In this document: positions 9,743 through 17,994 of the stretch, one piece after another | Position numbering within the stretch: the stretch's first letter is position 1 | How the letters are laid out: every line of letters begins with the position of its first letter | Assembly: GCF_035655895.1 (NCBI RefSeq) | Contig: NZ_DASRTN010000008.1 | Span: 333,536-397,535, forward strand | Direction: 5' to 3' | Length of the DNA: 64,000 nt | From: Ramlibacter sp. | GTDB taxonomy: Bacteria; Pseudomonadota; Gammaproteobacteria; Burkholderiales; Burkholderiaceae_C | Notes under the pieces: model-generated | Told to the model about the DNA's origin: nothing | What the model saw: only the letters and a program-made list of their open reading frames with translations | The model's database searches: none | Position numbers and translations under genes: made by a program

Positions 9743-11146
9743 ATGCCGATGAAAACGATGCACATGCTGCCCCTGCTGGCCGCCCTGGTGCTGGCCGGCT
9801 GCGCCACCGCGGTGCCGGACCTGCCCGCCGAGCCTGCCGCCCCCGCCAAGTTCAAGGACGCGGGGCCGTCCTGGACCGTGGCCGCGCCCGCCGAGGCGCA
9901 GGACCGCGGTGCCTGGTGGAAGGTGTTCGCGGACCCGGGCCTGGACGCGCTGGTCGAGCGCGCGGCGCTGCGCAACACGGGCTTGCAGGACGCCGCGGCG
10001 CGGCTGGCCCAGGCGCGCGCGATCGCGCGCAGCGTCGACGCCGACCGGACCGTGCAGGCCGGGCTGGGCGGCGGGGTGGTGCGCCAGGCCGGGGCCAACA
10101 CCCCCAATGGCGCCCGCCCGGCGACCCTCACCACGGCCGGCGCGAGCCTGGCCTACGAGGTCGATCTGTTCGGCCGCCTCTCGCGCGCGAGCAGCGCGGC
10201 GGCCCTCGACGTGCGGGCGCAGGAGGCCCTGCTGCAAAGCGCACGGCTGCTGGTGCAGTCCGAGGTGGCGCAGACCTACCTGGCCCTGCGGACGCTCGAC
10301 ACCGAGCGGGCGCTGGTGGCCGAGACCGTGGCGGCCTACCGCTCGACGTTGGACCTGACCCGGCGCCGGCACCGCGCCGGCGACATCGCCGAGCTCGACG
10401 TCGCGCGGGTGGAGACCGAGCTGGCCGCCACCGAGGCCGATGCGCTGGCGCTGGAGCGCCAGCGCGCGCAGCTGGAACACGCGCTGGCCGTGCTGGTGGG
10501 CGAGCCGGCCTCGGCGTTCTCGGTGCCGCCGTCCGAGCGGCCGGTCGCGTTGCCGCAGATCCCGGCGGGCATCCCGGCGACGGTGCTGGCCCGCCGACCC
10601 GACGTCTCCGCGGCCCAGAGCGCCATCCTGGCGGCACAGGCCCGCGTCGGCGTCGCCCGCGCAGCGTGGTTCCCGAGCCTGTCGCTCACGGCCGACGGCG
10701 GCTATGCATCGCCGGAACTGGGCGACCTGTTCAAGTGGTCCGCGCGGGCCTGGAGCGTCAGTGCCCTGCTGTCGCTGCCGCTGTTCGATGGTGGCCGCCG
10801 GGAGGCGTCGGTGCAAAGCGCGACGGCCCAGCTCGACGCCGAGCTCGCGCGCTACCGCGGCCAGGTGCTGGCGGCCTTCCGCGACGTGGAGGACCAGCTG
10901 TCGGCGCTGCGCCTGCTGCAGCAGCAGGCCGAGACGCAGGCCCGCGCCGTGAGCTTCGCGACGCGCGCGACCACCCTGTCGGAATCGCGCTACCGCAACG
11001 GCATGGACAGCCAGCTCGAACTGCTGGACGCCCGCCGCAGCGAGCTGCGCAACCGGCGCGACGCCCTGCACGTGCGCGGCAGCCAGTACCAGGCCACGGT
11101 GGGCCTGATCCGGGCGCTCGGTGGGGGCTGGGGTCCGGGCACCTGA
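9743..11146 (+). CDS. outer membrane efflux lipoprotein (NodT/OprN/OpcM family)
   Basis: Lipobox LVLAGC; YEVDLFGRL, LARRPDVSAA, LIRALGGGW C-terminus. Confidence 0.95.
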   Translation: MPMKTMHMLPLLAALVLAGCATAVPDLPAEPAAPAKFKDAGPSWTVAAPAEAQDRGAWWKVFADPGLDALVERAALRNTGLQDAAARLAQARAIARSVDADRTVQAGLGGGVVRQAGANTPNGARPATLTTAGASLAYEVDLFGRLSRASSAAALDVRAQEALLQSARLLVQSEVAQTYLALRTLDTERALVAETVAAYRSTLDLTRRRHRAGDIAELDVARVETELAATEADALALERQRAQLEHALAVLVGEPASAFSVPPSERPVALPQIPAGIPATVLARRPDVSAAQSAILAAQARVGVARAAWFPSLSLTADGGYASPELGDLFKWSARAWSVSALLSLPLFDGGRREASVQSATAQLDAELARYRGQVLAAFRDVEDQLSALRLLQQQAETQARAVSFATRATTLSESRYRNGMDSQLELLDARRSELRNRRDALHVRGSQYQATVGLIRALGGGWGPGT

Positions 11147-11256
11147 CGCGGCGGCGGCCGACCGCTTCGGGCCGGCCCGCCGGTCCGACGCCGGCGACAT
11201 GTGCGACGGCGTCAGGTGAGCAGCCGCTTCGGGGAGCAGCCCTCTCGCGCCCGCCT

Positions 11257-13449
11257 TCAGACGGGCGCCAGCGTCCCTGTCGTGCTTTTGACCAGTGCTT
11301 GCGAGATCGACGCCATCAGCGCGTCCGGCCCGATCGGCTTGGGAAGCACGGTGAAGCCCGCTTCGGTGGCCTGCGAGAGCCGATCCGTGTAGCCGGTCAT
11401 CAGCAGGATCGGGAGATCGCGCCGCTGCTGCGCGACACGCAAGGCCAGGTCCACGCCGGTCATCGGGCCTGCCAGGGAGATGTCGCTCAGGAGGATGTCG
11501 CAGGGACGGCCTTGCTGCAGGTGCTCCCACGCCGCCTCCGCGTGGTCGTAGCGCTGCACGCGCAGGCCAGCGTCGGCCAGCAGCACCGACAGCGACCGAG
11601 CGATCTCGTCGTTGTCCTCCACGAGGAGCAGGTCGCCTTGCAGCTTGAGTTCTGCCATCGGGGCACGCTCGGGTCTGCTCGCGCTGCGTGTTCCCGCCGG
11701 CAAGGTGAGGATCACCGTGGTTCCCTTCCCGGGCTCGGTGTCCAGGCGCAGCTCCCCGCCTGCCTGTTCGACGCAACTCTGAACCTGGCTCAACCCGAGC
11801 CCCGTGCCTTTCCCGACCGGCTTGGTGGTGAAGAATGGCTGGAGCACCTTGTCCACGAGCTCCGGAGGAATCCCGTGGCCGTGGTCCCGGACGCAGATGC
11901 GCACCCGCTCCTGGTGGCCAGGGGCACCTTCGGTGCACGGACTGGCGGCGATCGACATCCGGCCACCATCCGGCATCGCATCTCTCGCATTGATGCAGAG
12001 ATTGATCAGGGCCAGCTCCAGTTCGGCTTCGTCTGCGCGCACGGCCGGAAGGTCCGGCTCCAGGGAGACCTCGATCTCGTAGTTGCGCCCCAGGCTGCTT
12101 TTCAGGAGATCCGCGACTGCGGGGATGAGCCCCTGGAGCGAGACGTTGCTCACCTGCAGGGGCTGGCGCCGGGCGAACGCCAGGAGTTGCCGCGTGAGCT
12201 GGGCGCCCGTGGCGACCGCCCGCTGGATGGGAGCCAGTGCGGGTGTGGTGGGTTTGCCCCGCTGTTCCAGCTTCTGCGCCAGCACGGCGCTGTTTTGCAC
12301 CACCATCAGAAGGTTGTTGAAATCGTGCGCCACGCCGGCAGTGAGTCGACCGAGCGCCTCCATCTTCTGGGACTGTCGCAGGGCCCGCTCTGCCCGCAAG
12401 CGGTGTTCGTACTCCTGCGCATGGATCCTGGCCATCGCGTGTTCCCCCCGCACGCGCCGGATGGCGTACCAGCAGAGACCGGCCAGCAGGAGGGACAGCG
12501 GAATCGTGAAGGACGCCAGCAGCCATGTCGCGCGCCGCCAGGGTGCCAGCACCAGGTCACGGTCGGCGGTGGCGGCAACGTACAAGGGCAAGGCACCCAC
12601 CTTGCGGAACGCGACGAACCGGAACCGGTTGTCGATGGTGCTCACGCCGGCATGTTCTCCGCTCAGCAGGCCGGCGCGCATGTCTCGCAGCGTCGGGCTG
12701 GCAGGACCGAGGCGGGCACTCATCTCCACGTCGGGGTGGCGGGAGATGATGACGCCGTCGGAGCGCAGGAGGACCACGGAGAAGGCTTCGTCCTGCTGCA
12801 CCAGCTCCCTGAAGAGCTTGCCGAAGTAGCTGGGAAAGAGCGAGATGGACAGCACGCCTGCAAAGCGGCCGTCCGGTCGCGAGAGCCGCTTGGTGAAGTC
12901 GAAGAACGGCTCGCCCGTCAACTTGCTTCTCAGCGGCTCGCTGACGTACCAGTCGCGGCTGTCGGTGGTGGTGGCCCACTGGAAATACTCACGGTCCTGC
13001 ACGCTGAGGCTGGCCGGCGGATCCGGCCGGATGCTGCTGGCCACCGGATGGCCACTCTCATCCCAGATCCAGATCGACTGGAACTGCTGCAGGTCTCCGG
13101 CCAGTCCCCGCAGGGTGCCGTGCAGTTCGGCCCGGTGCTGCCGCAGCGTCGCGCTGGACCGGCCACCGACCACGCCGACGACCGCGCGCGACACGACCTC
13201 GTTGGTCTCGACGACGCGTGCCGACTGCTCCTGGGCGATCTGCGCTACCCGGGCCAGTCGCAGGCGGCTGTCGCGCACGGCAGCCTGGTAAGACGTTGCC
13301 GCGACGTAGGCCAGCAAGACCGTAGGCCCGACCAGGGACGCGAGGAGCGCCCATCGCAGCCACTTCGTTGCCGTCGAGGGAGCCTGCTGCACGGCAGGAG
13401 CAGGGGTACTCTGGTGCGCGGTGCCGTCTTCATCAACGGAGGATGTCAT
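11257..13449 (-). CDS. hybrid sensor histidine kinase/response regulator (periplasmic Cache-like sensor; start may be 13497)
   Basis: Two TM segments, H-box GVAHDFNNLL, NLCINARDAM, FFTTKPVGKGTGLGL, C-terminal REC domain (LLVED...LLSDI). Confidence 0.92.
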   Translation of the reverse strand: MTSSVDEDGTAHQSTPAPAVQQAPSTATKWLRWALLASLVGPTVLLAYVAATSYQAAVRDSRLRLARVAQIAQEQSARVVETNEVVSRAVVGVVGGRSSATLRQHRAELHGTLRGLAGDLQQFQSIWIWDESGHPVASSIRPDPPASLSVQDREYFQWATTTDSRDWYVSEPLRSKLTGEPFFDFTKRLSRPDGRFAGVLSISLFPSYFGKLFRELVQQDEAFSVVLLRSDGVIISRHPDVEMSARLGPASPTLRDMRAGLLSGEHAGVSTIDNRFRFVAFRKVGALPLYVAATADRDLVLAPWRRATWLLASFTIPLSLLLAGLCWYAIRRVRGEHAMARIHAQEYEHRLRAERALRQSQKMEALGRLTAGVAHDFNNLLMVVQNSAVLAQKLEQRGKPTTPALAPIQRAVATGAQLTRQLLAFARRQPLQVSNVSLQGLIPAVADLLKSSLGRNYEIEVSLEPDLPAVRADEAELELALINLCINARDAMPDGGRMSIAASPCTEGAPGHQERVRICVRDHGHGIPPELVDKVLQPFFTTKPVGKGTGLGLSQVQSCVEQAGGELRLDTEPGKGTTVILTLPAGTRSASRPERAPMAELKLQGDLLLVEDNDEIARSLSVLLADAGLRVQRYDHAEAAWEHLQQGRPCDILLSDISLAGPMTGVDLALRVAQQRRDLPILLMTGYTDRLSQATEAGFTVLPKPIGPDALMASISQALVKSTTGTLAPV

Positions 13450-13597
13450 GGCGGCTCGAAGGTAGGAGGGCCCTGATTCTGGCTCATCTGGCGTCATTCT
13501 TCACCGGCGGACCTGACGGCACACCGAACCCGCAACGACCACCTGTCTCGACCGCTTTGCCGCAGCTGGCAATCTCTCAACGGTCCCAGGTCAGGGC

Positions 13598-13603
13598 TAT
13601 AAT
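13598..13603 (+). promoter_or_regulatory. sigma70 -10 element of the tRNA gene
   Basis: Consensus TATAAT ending 10 nt before the tRNA 5' end. Confidence 0.7.
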
Positions 13604-13613
13604 CGCCCGCTAC

Positions 13614-13689
13614 GCCGGAATAGCTCAGTTGGTAGAGCAGCGCATTCGTAATGCGAAGGTCGGGGGTTCGACTCCTCTTTCCGGCACCA
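13614..13689 (+). tRNA. tRNA-Thr (anticodon CGT)
   Basis: 76-nt cloverleaf GCCGGAA...TTCCGGC-A-CCA; D arm GCTCAGTTGGTAGAGC; anticodon loop TTCGTAA; T arm GGTTCGACTCC; CCA is encoded. Confidence 0.97.
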
Positions 13690-13724
13690 ACGAATCGCCG
13701 TCTCGCGGATGTCCCGCGCATCCA

Positions 13725-13752
13725 GGCCGCCAAGCACCATGGCGGCTTTTTT
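13725..13752 (+). terminator. Rho-independent terminator after tRNA-Thr
   Basis: Stem GCCGCC / GGCGGC with a 9-nt loop, followed by TTTTTT. Confidence 0.8.
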
Positions 13753-13825
13753 GTGTCGGCTCCGTCGCCACTTGCGGATCCCACCGCACGGCAGCCACAC
13801 ACACCAATGCTGCTGCCCGATCGAC

Positions 13826-16024
13826 TCAGCTGGCAGTGGGTCGACGGTCCAGCAGCTGTTCGACCAGGAGCAGGAGCTCCGAAGGCTGTGCAGGCTTGGT
13901 GAGGTGCGCGGCAAAACCCGCTTGCGCAGCCTTTGCCTTGTCGACGGCGCGTCCGTAGCCTGAGAGAGCGACGAGGCTGCCGGACCAGTCGATGCCGTTT
14001 CCGCGCGCAGCCCTGGCCAGCTCGTAGCCGTCCATCCCCGGCATCCCGATGTCGAGGATGGCGATCTCCGGCTGGAACGTCTCCAGGAGCCGCAAAGCTT
14101 CCGAAGGGTCGGCCGTGATCGTCACGTCGTAGCCGGCGATCTGCAGGATGTCGCCCACGGTCTGCAGGGCGTCCAGATTGTCGTCGACCACGAGGATCCG
14201 GCCTGACTTGCGCGACGCCGCGGGCACCGGATTCGCAGGCGATGTTTGCGGAGCGTCGATGGTGGGCAGGGTGATGTTGAAAACGCTTCCCAGACCCAGC
14301 CCGTCGCTCGAGGCCGTGACCCGGCCGCCATGCAGTTCGACGACGCTGCGCACGATGGCAAGGCCCAGCCCGAGGCCGCCGTCCGACCGGGCAAGCGGCT
14401 GGGGCGATTGGTAGAACGGTTCGAACACGTGCGCCAGCATGTCCGCCGCGATACCGATGCCCCGATCGCGGACTTCGATCTGCACCTCGCGCGACGCCGG
14501 GGTCACGCGCAGGACCGTTGGCGCCTCGCCACCGAATCGCAGAGCGTTGGTCAGGAGGTTCGAGACTGCCTGGACCAGACGGGTCTCGTCGCCTTCCACC
14601 CAGACCGCAGCCGGGGGGAGCTCGACGCGCAGGTCTCGATTCCTGTCCTCGAACGCCGGCTGGAGGGCCTCCAGGCACCGTTCGATGACCGTGAACACGT
14701 TGACGGGGCCCCTGTCCATCTGCAGCTTGCCGCGGCTGATCCTGGAGATGTCGAGCAGGTCGTCCACCAGCCGCCGCAGGTGGTCGACCTGGCGGCGCAG
14801 CACCTTCCGCTCCCGTGCGGTTGTCGCGTCCGCCTTCAGATCCAGGAGGTGCAGGACGTTGACCATCGGGGAGAGAGGGTTGCGCAGTTCATGACCGAGC
14901 ACGGCAAGGAACTGGTCCTTGGCCTGGGCCGCTTCGTCGGCTCTGGCGAGCGCGTCGCGCATGGATGCACTGCTGTCGCTCAGGCGTTCGGACGCGGCGC
15001 GCAGTGCCTGGGAGAGCTCGTCGAGTTCGACGATCCGGCTGCGCGGCACGTGCGTGGACCTGCCGTCCCCGATCTGAACCGCCGCGTCGCGGATGCGGGA
15101 GATGGCGCGCGCGATTCCGGCGGACAACCGGTAGGCGAGCAAGGCGCAGATCAGGATGGAGCCGAGGACGCCGGCGAGGTACCAGGCCAGGCTGCGTGCC
15201 AGGGCGCGATGCGCTTCCTCGACCGGCGCTCCGACCACCACCGTCCAGCCATGAGGCTTGAGCCTGGTGAAGCTGGTGAGAAGTTGGTCTCCTTCCAGCG
15301 AGGAGGTCTTGCCTGTCCCGCCGTCTCCATTCGATTCGATCAGTCTGGCGACCGAGGGATGGGCGCTCCCGCCGAGCGTGCTGTTCTGATTCTTCGAACG
15401 TGCGACACGGCGCCCGGAACCGTCGAAGACAGAGACGACCCAGGAGCCGGGAACCTGCTGCTTGCGCACGACGTCGAGAATCCGGTCGGGCTTGACCGCT
15501 GCCGTCAGGACATAGGCCAGCTTCCCGTCGACCTCGACCGGCCATCGGACCGGGAACGCCGCCCCCTCGACCTGTCCCGGCAGGACGGCGCCAACCGCGG
15601 GGCGACGCGTGGACAGCACGGCTTCGAGGCTCCGTGGATCCACCACGCGTGCATCGGCCGCACCGAAGGGGAACGCGGTCTTGAACAGGACGCGGCCCTG
15701 CGCGTCGACGAGCACCACGCCAGACCATTCGGGCCGGGCCGCCACTTCGCCCTTCATCTGCTCATAGAAGGCGGGCAGGTCGCCTGCGAGGAGCCGTGGC
15801 GACCGCCCCGCGGTGGCGAGGCTGCGGAAGGTCCAATCGATCTCGGATTCGACGGCGGATGCCAGGGCCCGGGAAAGCTCGAACGTGGAGCGCTCCAGTT
15901 GCGCTTGCTGCCCTTGCACCGCCTCCCAGATGGCCCATGCCGCCATGAGCGACATCGGCACCAGGCCGAGCGCGGCGAGTCGAAGCAGCAGCTGGCGCAG
16001 GCTCTTGGGGGAAAGGGAAGGCAT
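13826..16024 (-). CDS. hybrid sensor histidine kinase/response regulator (periplasmic Cache-like sensor)
   Basis: Two TM segments, H-box LGHELRNPL, NLLTNA, DGGLGLGL, REC domain (ILVVDDN...ILDIGMPGMDG). Confidence 0.92.
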   Translation of the reverse strand: MPSLSPKSLRQLLLRLAALGLVPMSLMAAWAIWEAVQGQQAQLERSTFELSRALASAVESEIDWTFRSLATAGRSPRLLAGDLPAFYEQMKGEVAARPEWSGVVLVDAQGRVLFKTAFPFGAADARVVDPRSLEAVLSTRRPAVGAVLPGQVEGAAFPVRWPVEVDGKLAYVLTAAVKPDRILDVVRKQQVPGSWVVSVFDGSGRRVARSKNQNSTLGGSAHPSVARLIESNGDGGTGKTSSLEGDQLLTSFTRLKPHGWTVVVGAPVEEAHRALARSLAWYLAGVLGSILICALLAYRLSAGIARAISRIRDAAVQIGDGRSTHVPRSRIVELDELSQALRAASERLSDSSASMRDALARADEAAQAKDQFLAVLGHELRNPLSPMVNVLHLLDLKADATTARERKVLRRQVDHLRRLVDDLLDISRISRGKLQMDRGPVNVFTVIERCLEALQPAFEDRNRDLRVELPPAAVWVEGDETRLVQAVSNLLTNALRFGGEAPTVLRVTPASREVQIEVRDRGIGIAADMLAHVFEPFYQSPQPLARSDGGLGLGLAIVRSVVELHGGRVTASSDGLGLGSVFNITLPTIDAPQTSPANPVPAASRKSGRILVVDDNLDALQTVGDILQIAGYDVTITADPSEALRLLETFQPEIAILDIGMPGMDGYELARAARGNGIDWSGSLVALSGYGRAVDKAKAAQAGFAAHLTKPAQPSELLLLVEQLLDRRPTAS

Positions 16025-16149
16025 GAAGGAGCAGTCGGGCAAGCGAGTCTATCTCTCAGCCCCGACCTGGGTTCCATCAGTGGCGGCGCCCGGCTTCGGC
16101 ACCGATCGCCTGCGCTGGAGATGGCCGCGGGCGACAGGCCTGCCGTTGC

Positions 16150-17994
16150 CTAGGCGCTCGGGCGCATCGGGCTCAGCCAGGCGTCCGCCTCGCCGCCGGC
16201 CTGCACGCCGGGCTGGGCGGGCAGGCGGGCATCCAGGTAGCGCAGCAGCAGGGGCAGCACGATCTCCTGGTTGCCCGGACGCGAGAAGGTGTGGTCGGCG
16301 TCGGGCACGTAGGCCATGCGAAAGCGCGGTGCGCCCTGCAGGCGGCGGCCGTCGCGGCCGAAGTGGAACTCGACGTAGTCGCGGCCATCGTCGGCGTCGG
16401 CCACCAGCATCAGCACGTCGGTGCCGCGCGCGCACAGGCGCTGCATCTTCGCGAGCAATGGTTCCTCGGCGCGGCCGAAGGCCAGCCAGCGCCGCAGCCG
16501 GGCCGCGGCCAGCGCCAGGAAGCGGCGGGCGATCAGCCGCACGTTGACCTGGCCACGCAGCACCCGGCGCCACACCGCGGGCTTGAAGAGGGCACGGCGG
16601 TAGTGGTCGCTCGACTTCGCGTACTGCTGCATCGAATCCTGCCAGCGGTCGCCGGCCCGGCCGGGCGTCCATTCAAGCAGGCGTGAGTTCATCAGCACGA
16701 TGCCGCCGACCCGCTCGTCGACCAGCGCCGTCTGGAACGCCACGTACGAGCCCGAGCAGATGCCCATGAGCACGACGTCGCGGCAGCCGCGCTGCGCCAG
16801 CGCGTCGATCGCGGCGCGCACGTCCTGCGTCGACGTCTTGGCGTAGAGATCGGCCCACGGCCGCCCCGGCGCGGGCGGACTGTCGCCGATGCCGCCCAGG
16901 TCGAGCCGCAGCACCGGATAGCCGTTGTTGGCCAGCGAGCGGGCGATGCTGGTGTAGATGCGATGCGGTCCCACGCGGTGGTTGCCGCCCACGTTCAGCA
17001 GCAGCACGCCGGTCTGCCCGCGTCGGTCCTGCCCGGTGCCGCCCGCTGGTTCGGCCAGCACGCCGACCAGGGAGGCGCCGGGGCCCGCGCGCACCACGGT
17101 CTCGCGCACCGCGCCGGTGCTGCGCCACTGCAGCTGTTCGACAGGCGCGGGTGCCGGGTCCTGGCGCACGCCGGCGGCGGGCGACGCGGCCAACCAGCCG
17201 GCCACGGCCTGCAGCGTCGGCGCGTCCAGCACGCCGGCACGCGGCTCGTCGACCATCGCGGCGTAGCCGGGCAGCACGCGGTGCTCGACCTCGGCGCCCA
17301 GCGCGCGCAGCGCCTTGGGCAGCGGGCCCTCGCCCGGCAGGTCGTCGCGCCCGACCACCAGCACCCGCTGGGCGGGCCGGCACTGCGGGCGGGTCGCGTC
17401 CAGGGCGAGCAACTGTTCCACCGTCTCGGCGGCATGCGCATGGCCCATCGCGTGCAGCGTGCCGTCCGCCTCCTGCACGCCGGCGGCCCGCAGTTCGCGC
17501 ACGAAGGCCTTGCCGGTCGGGCAGGGCGCCCACAGCAGCAGGCTGTCGACACCGCCCAGGCGCGCGGCGGTCTCGACGGCGAGCGTCGCACCCAGGCGGA
17601 TCCCGAGCAGCGCGACCTGCCGCGCCTGCGATCGCGCGCGCACCTGCGCGACCGCCGCTTCGGCGCCGGCAAGCCAGGCCTCCACCCGGCCCGGGGGCAG
17701 CGCGTCGTCGCCCGCGTCCCCGGTGCCGGGGTAGTCGAAGCGCAGGACCGGGAATCCGGCCCGCGCCAGCGCGGTGGCCAGCTGCACCTGGGTCGGGTAG
17801 CTGCAGGTCGCCTCGTGGCCGACCGGGCTGCACAGCACGACGGCCAGGTCGCGCCAGGGCAAGGCCGGCGCGTGGTACCAGCCGAAGCACCAGCCACCGC
17901 CGACGTCGAAGGTCAGGCTCGCAGGGGGCGGCGCGGCAGCAGATGCCTCGGTGGAGTCGGCGGCGGGTGCGGCGGCAGCGGGAGACGGAGTCAT
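16150..17994 (-). CDS. tandem alpha/beta-hydrolase fusion (resembles exosortase-A-associated hydrolase 2 + hydrolase 1)
   Basis: Two repeated cores: VLRFDYPGTGD...GIRLGA and VLRLDLGGIGDS...GICSGS...DADHTFS; start overlaps the GH2 stop codon (ATGA). Confidence 0.8.
   Translation of the reverse strand: MTPSPAAAAPAADSTEASAAAPPPASLTFDVGGGWCFGWYHAPALPWRDLAVVLCSPVGHEATCSYPTQVQLATALARAGFPVLRFDYPGTGDAGDDALPPGRVEAWLAGAEAAVAQVRARSQARQVALLGIRLGATLAVETAARLGGVDSLLLWAPCPTGKAFVRELRAAGVQEADGTLHAMGHAHAAETVEQLLALDATRPQCRPAQRVLVVGRDDLPGEGPLPKALRALGAEVEHRVLPGYAAMVDEPRAGVLDAPTLQAVAGWLAASPAAGVRQDPAPAPVEQLQWRSTGAVRETVVRAGPGASLVGVLAEPAGGTGQDRRGQTGVLLLNVGGNHRVGPHRIYTSIARSLANNGYPVLRLDLGGIGDSPPAPGRPWADLYAKTSTQDVRAAIDALAQRGCRDVVLMGICSGSYVAFQTALVDERVGGIVLMNSRLLEWTPGRAGDRWQDSMQQYAKSSDHYRRALFKPAVWRRVLRGQVNVRLIARRFLALAAARLRRWLAFGRAEEPLLAKMQRLCARGTDVLMLVADADDGRDYVEFHFGRDGRRLQGAPRFRMAYVPDADHTFSRPGNQEIVLPLLLRYLDARLPAQPGVQAGGEADAWLSPMRPSA

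Noticed and set aside
11162-11233. Two CCGCTTCGGG copies 62 bp apart as a CRISPR or repeat array
   Set aside because: Only two 10-bp copies, between convergent genes; more likely UUCG-hairpin terminator elements. No cas genes or regular repeat-spacer array seen in the window.
16095-16103. TTCGGCACC as a possible attR copy of the tRNA-Thr 3' end
   Set aside because: Only 7 bp (CGGCACC) are identical in GC-rich DNA and no integrase is present; expected by chance.
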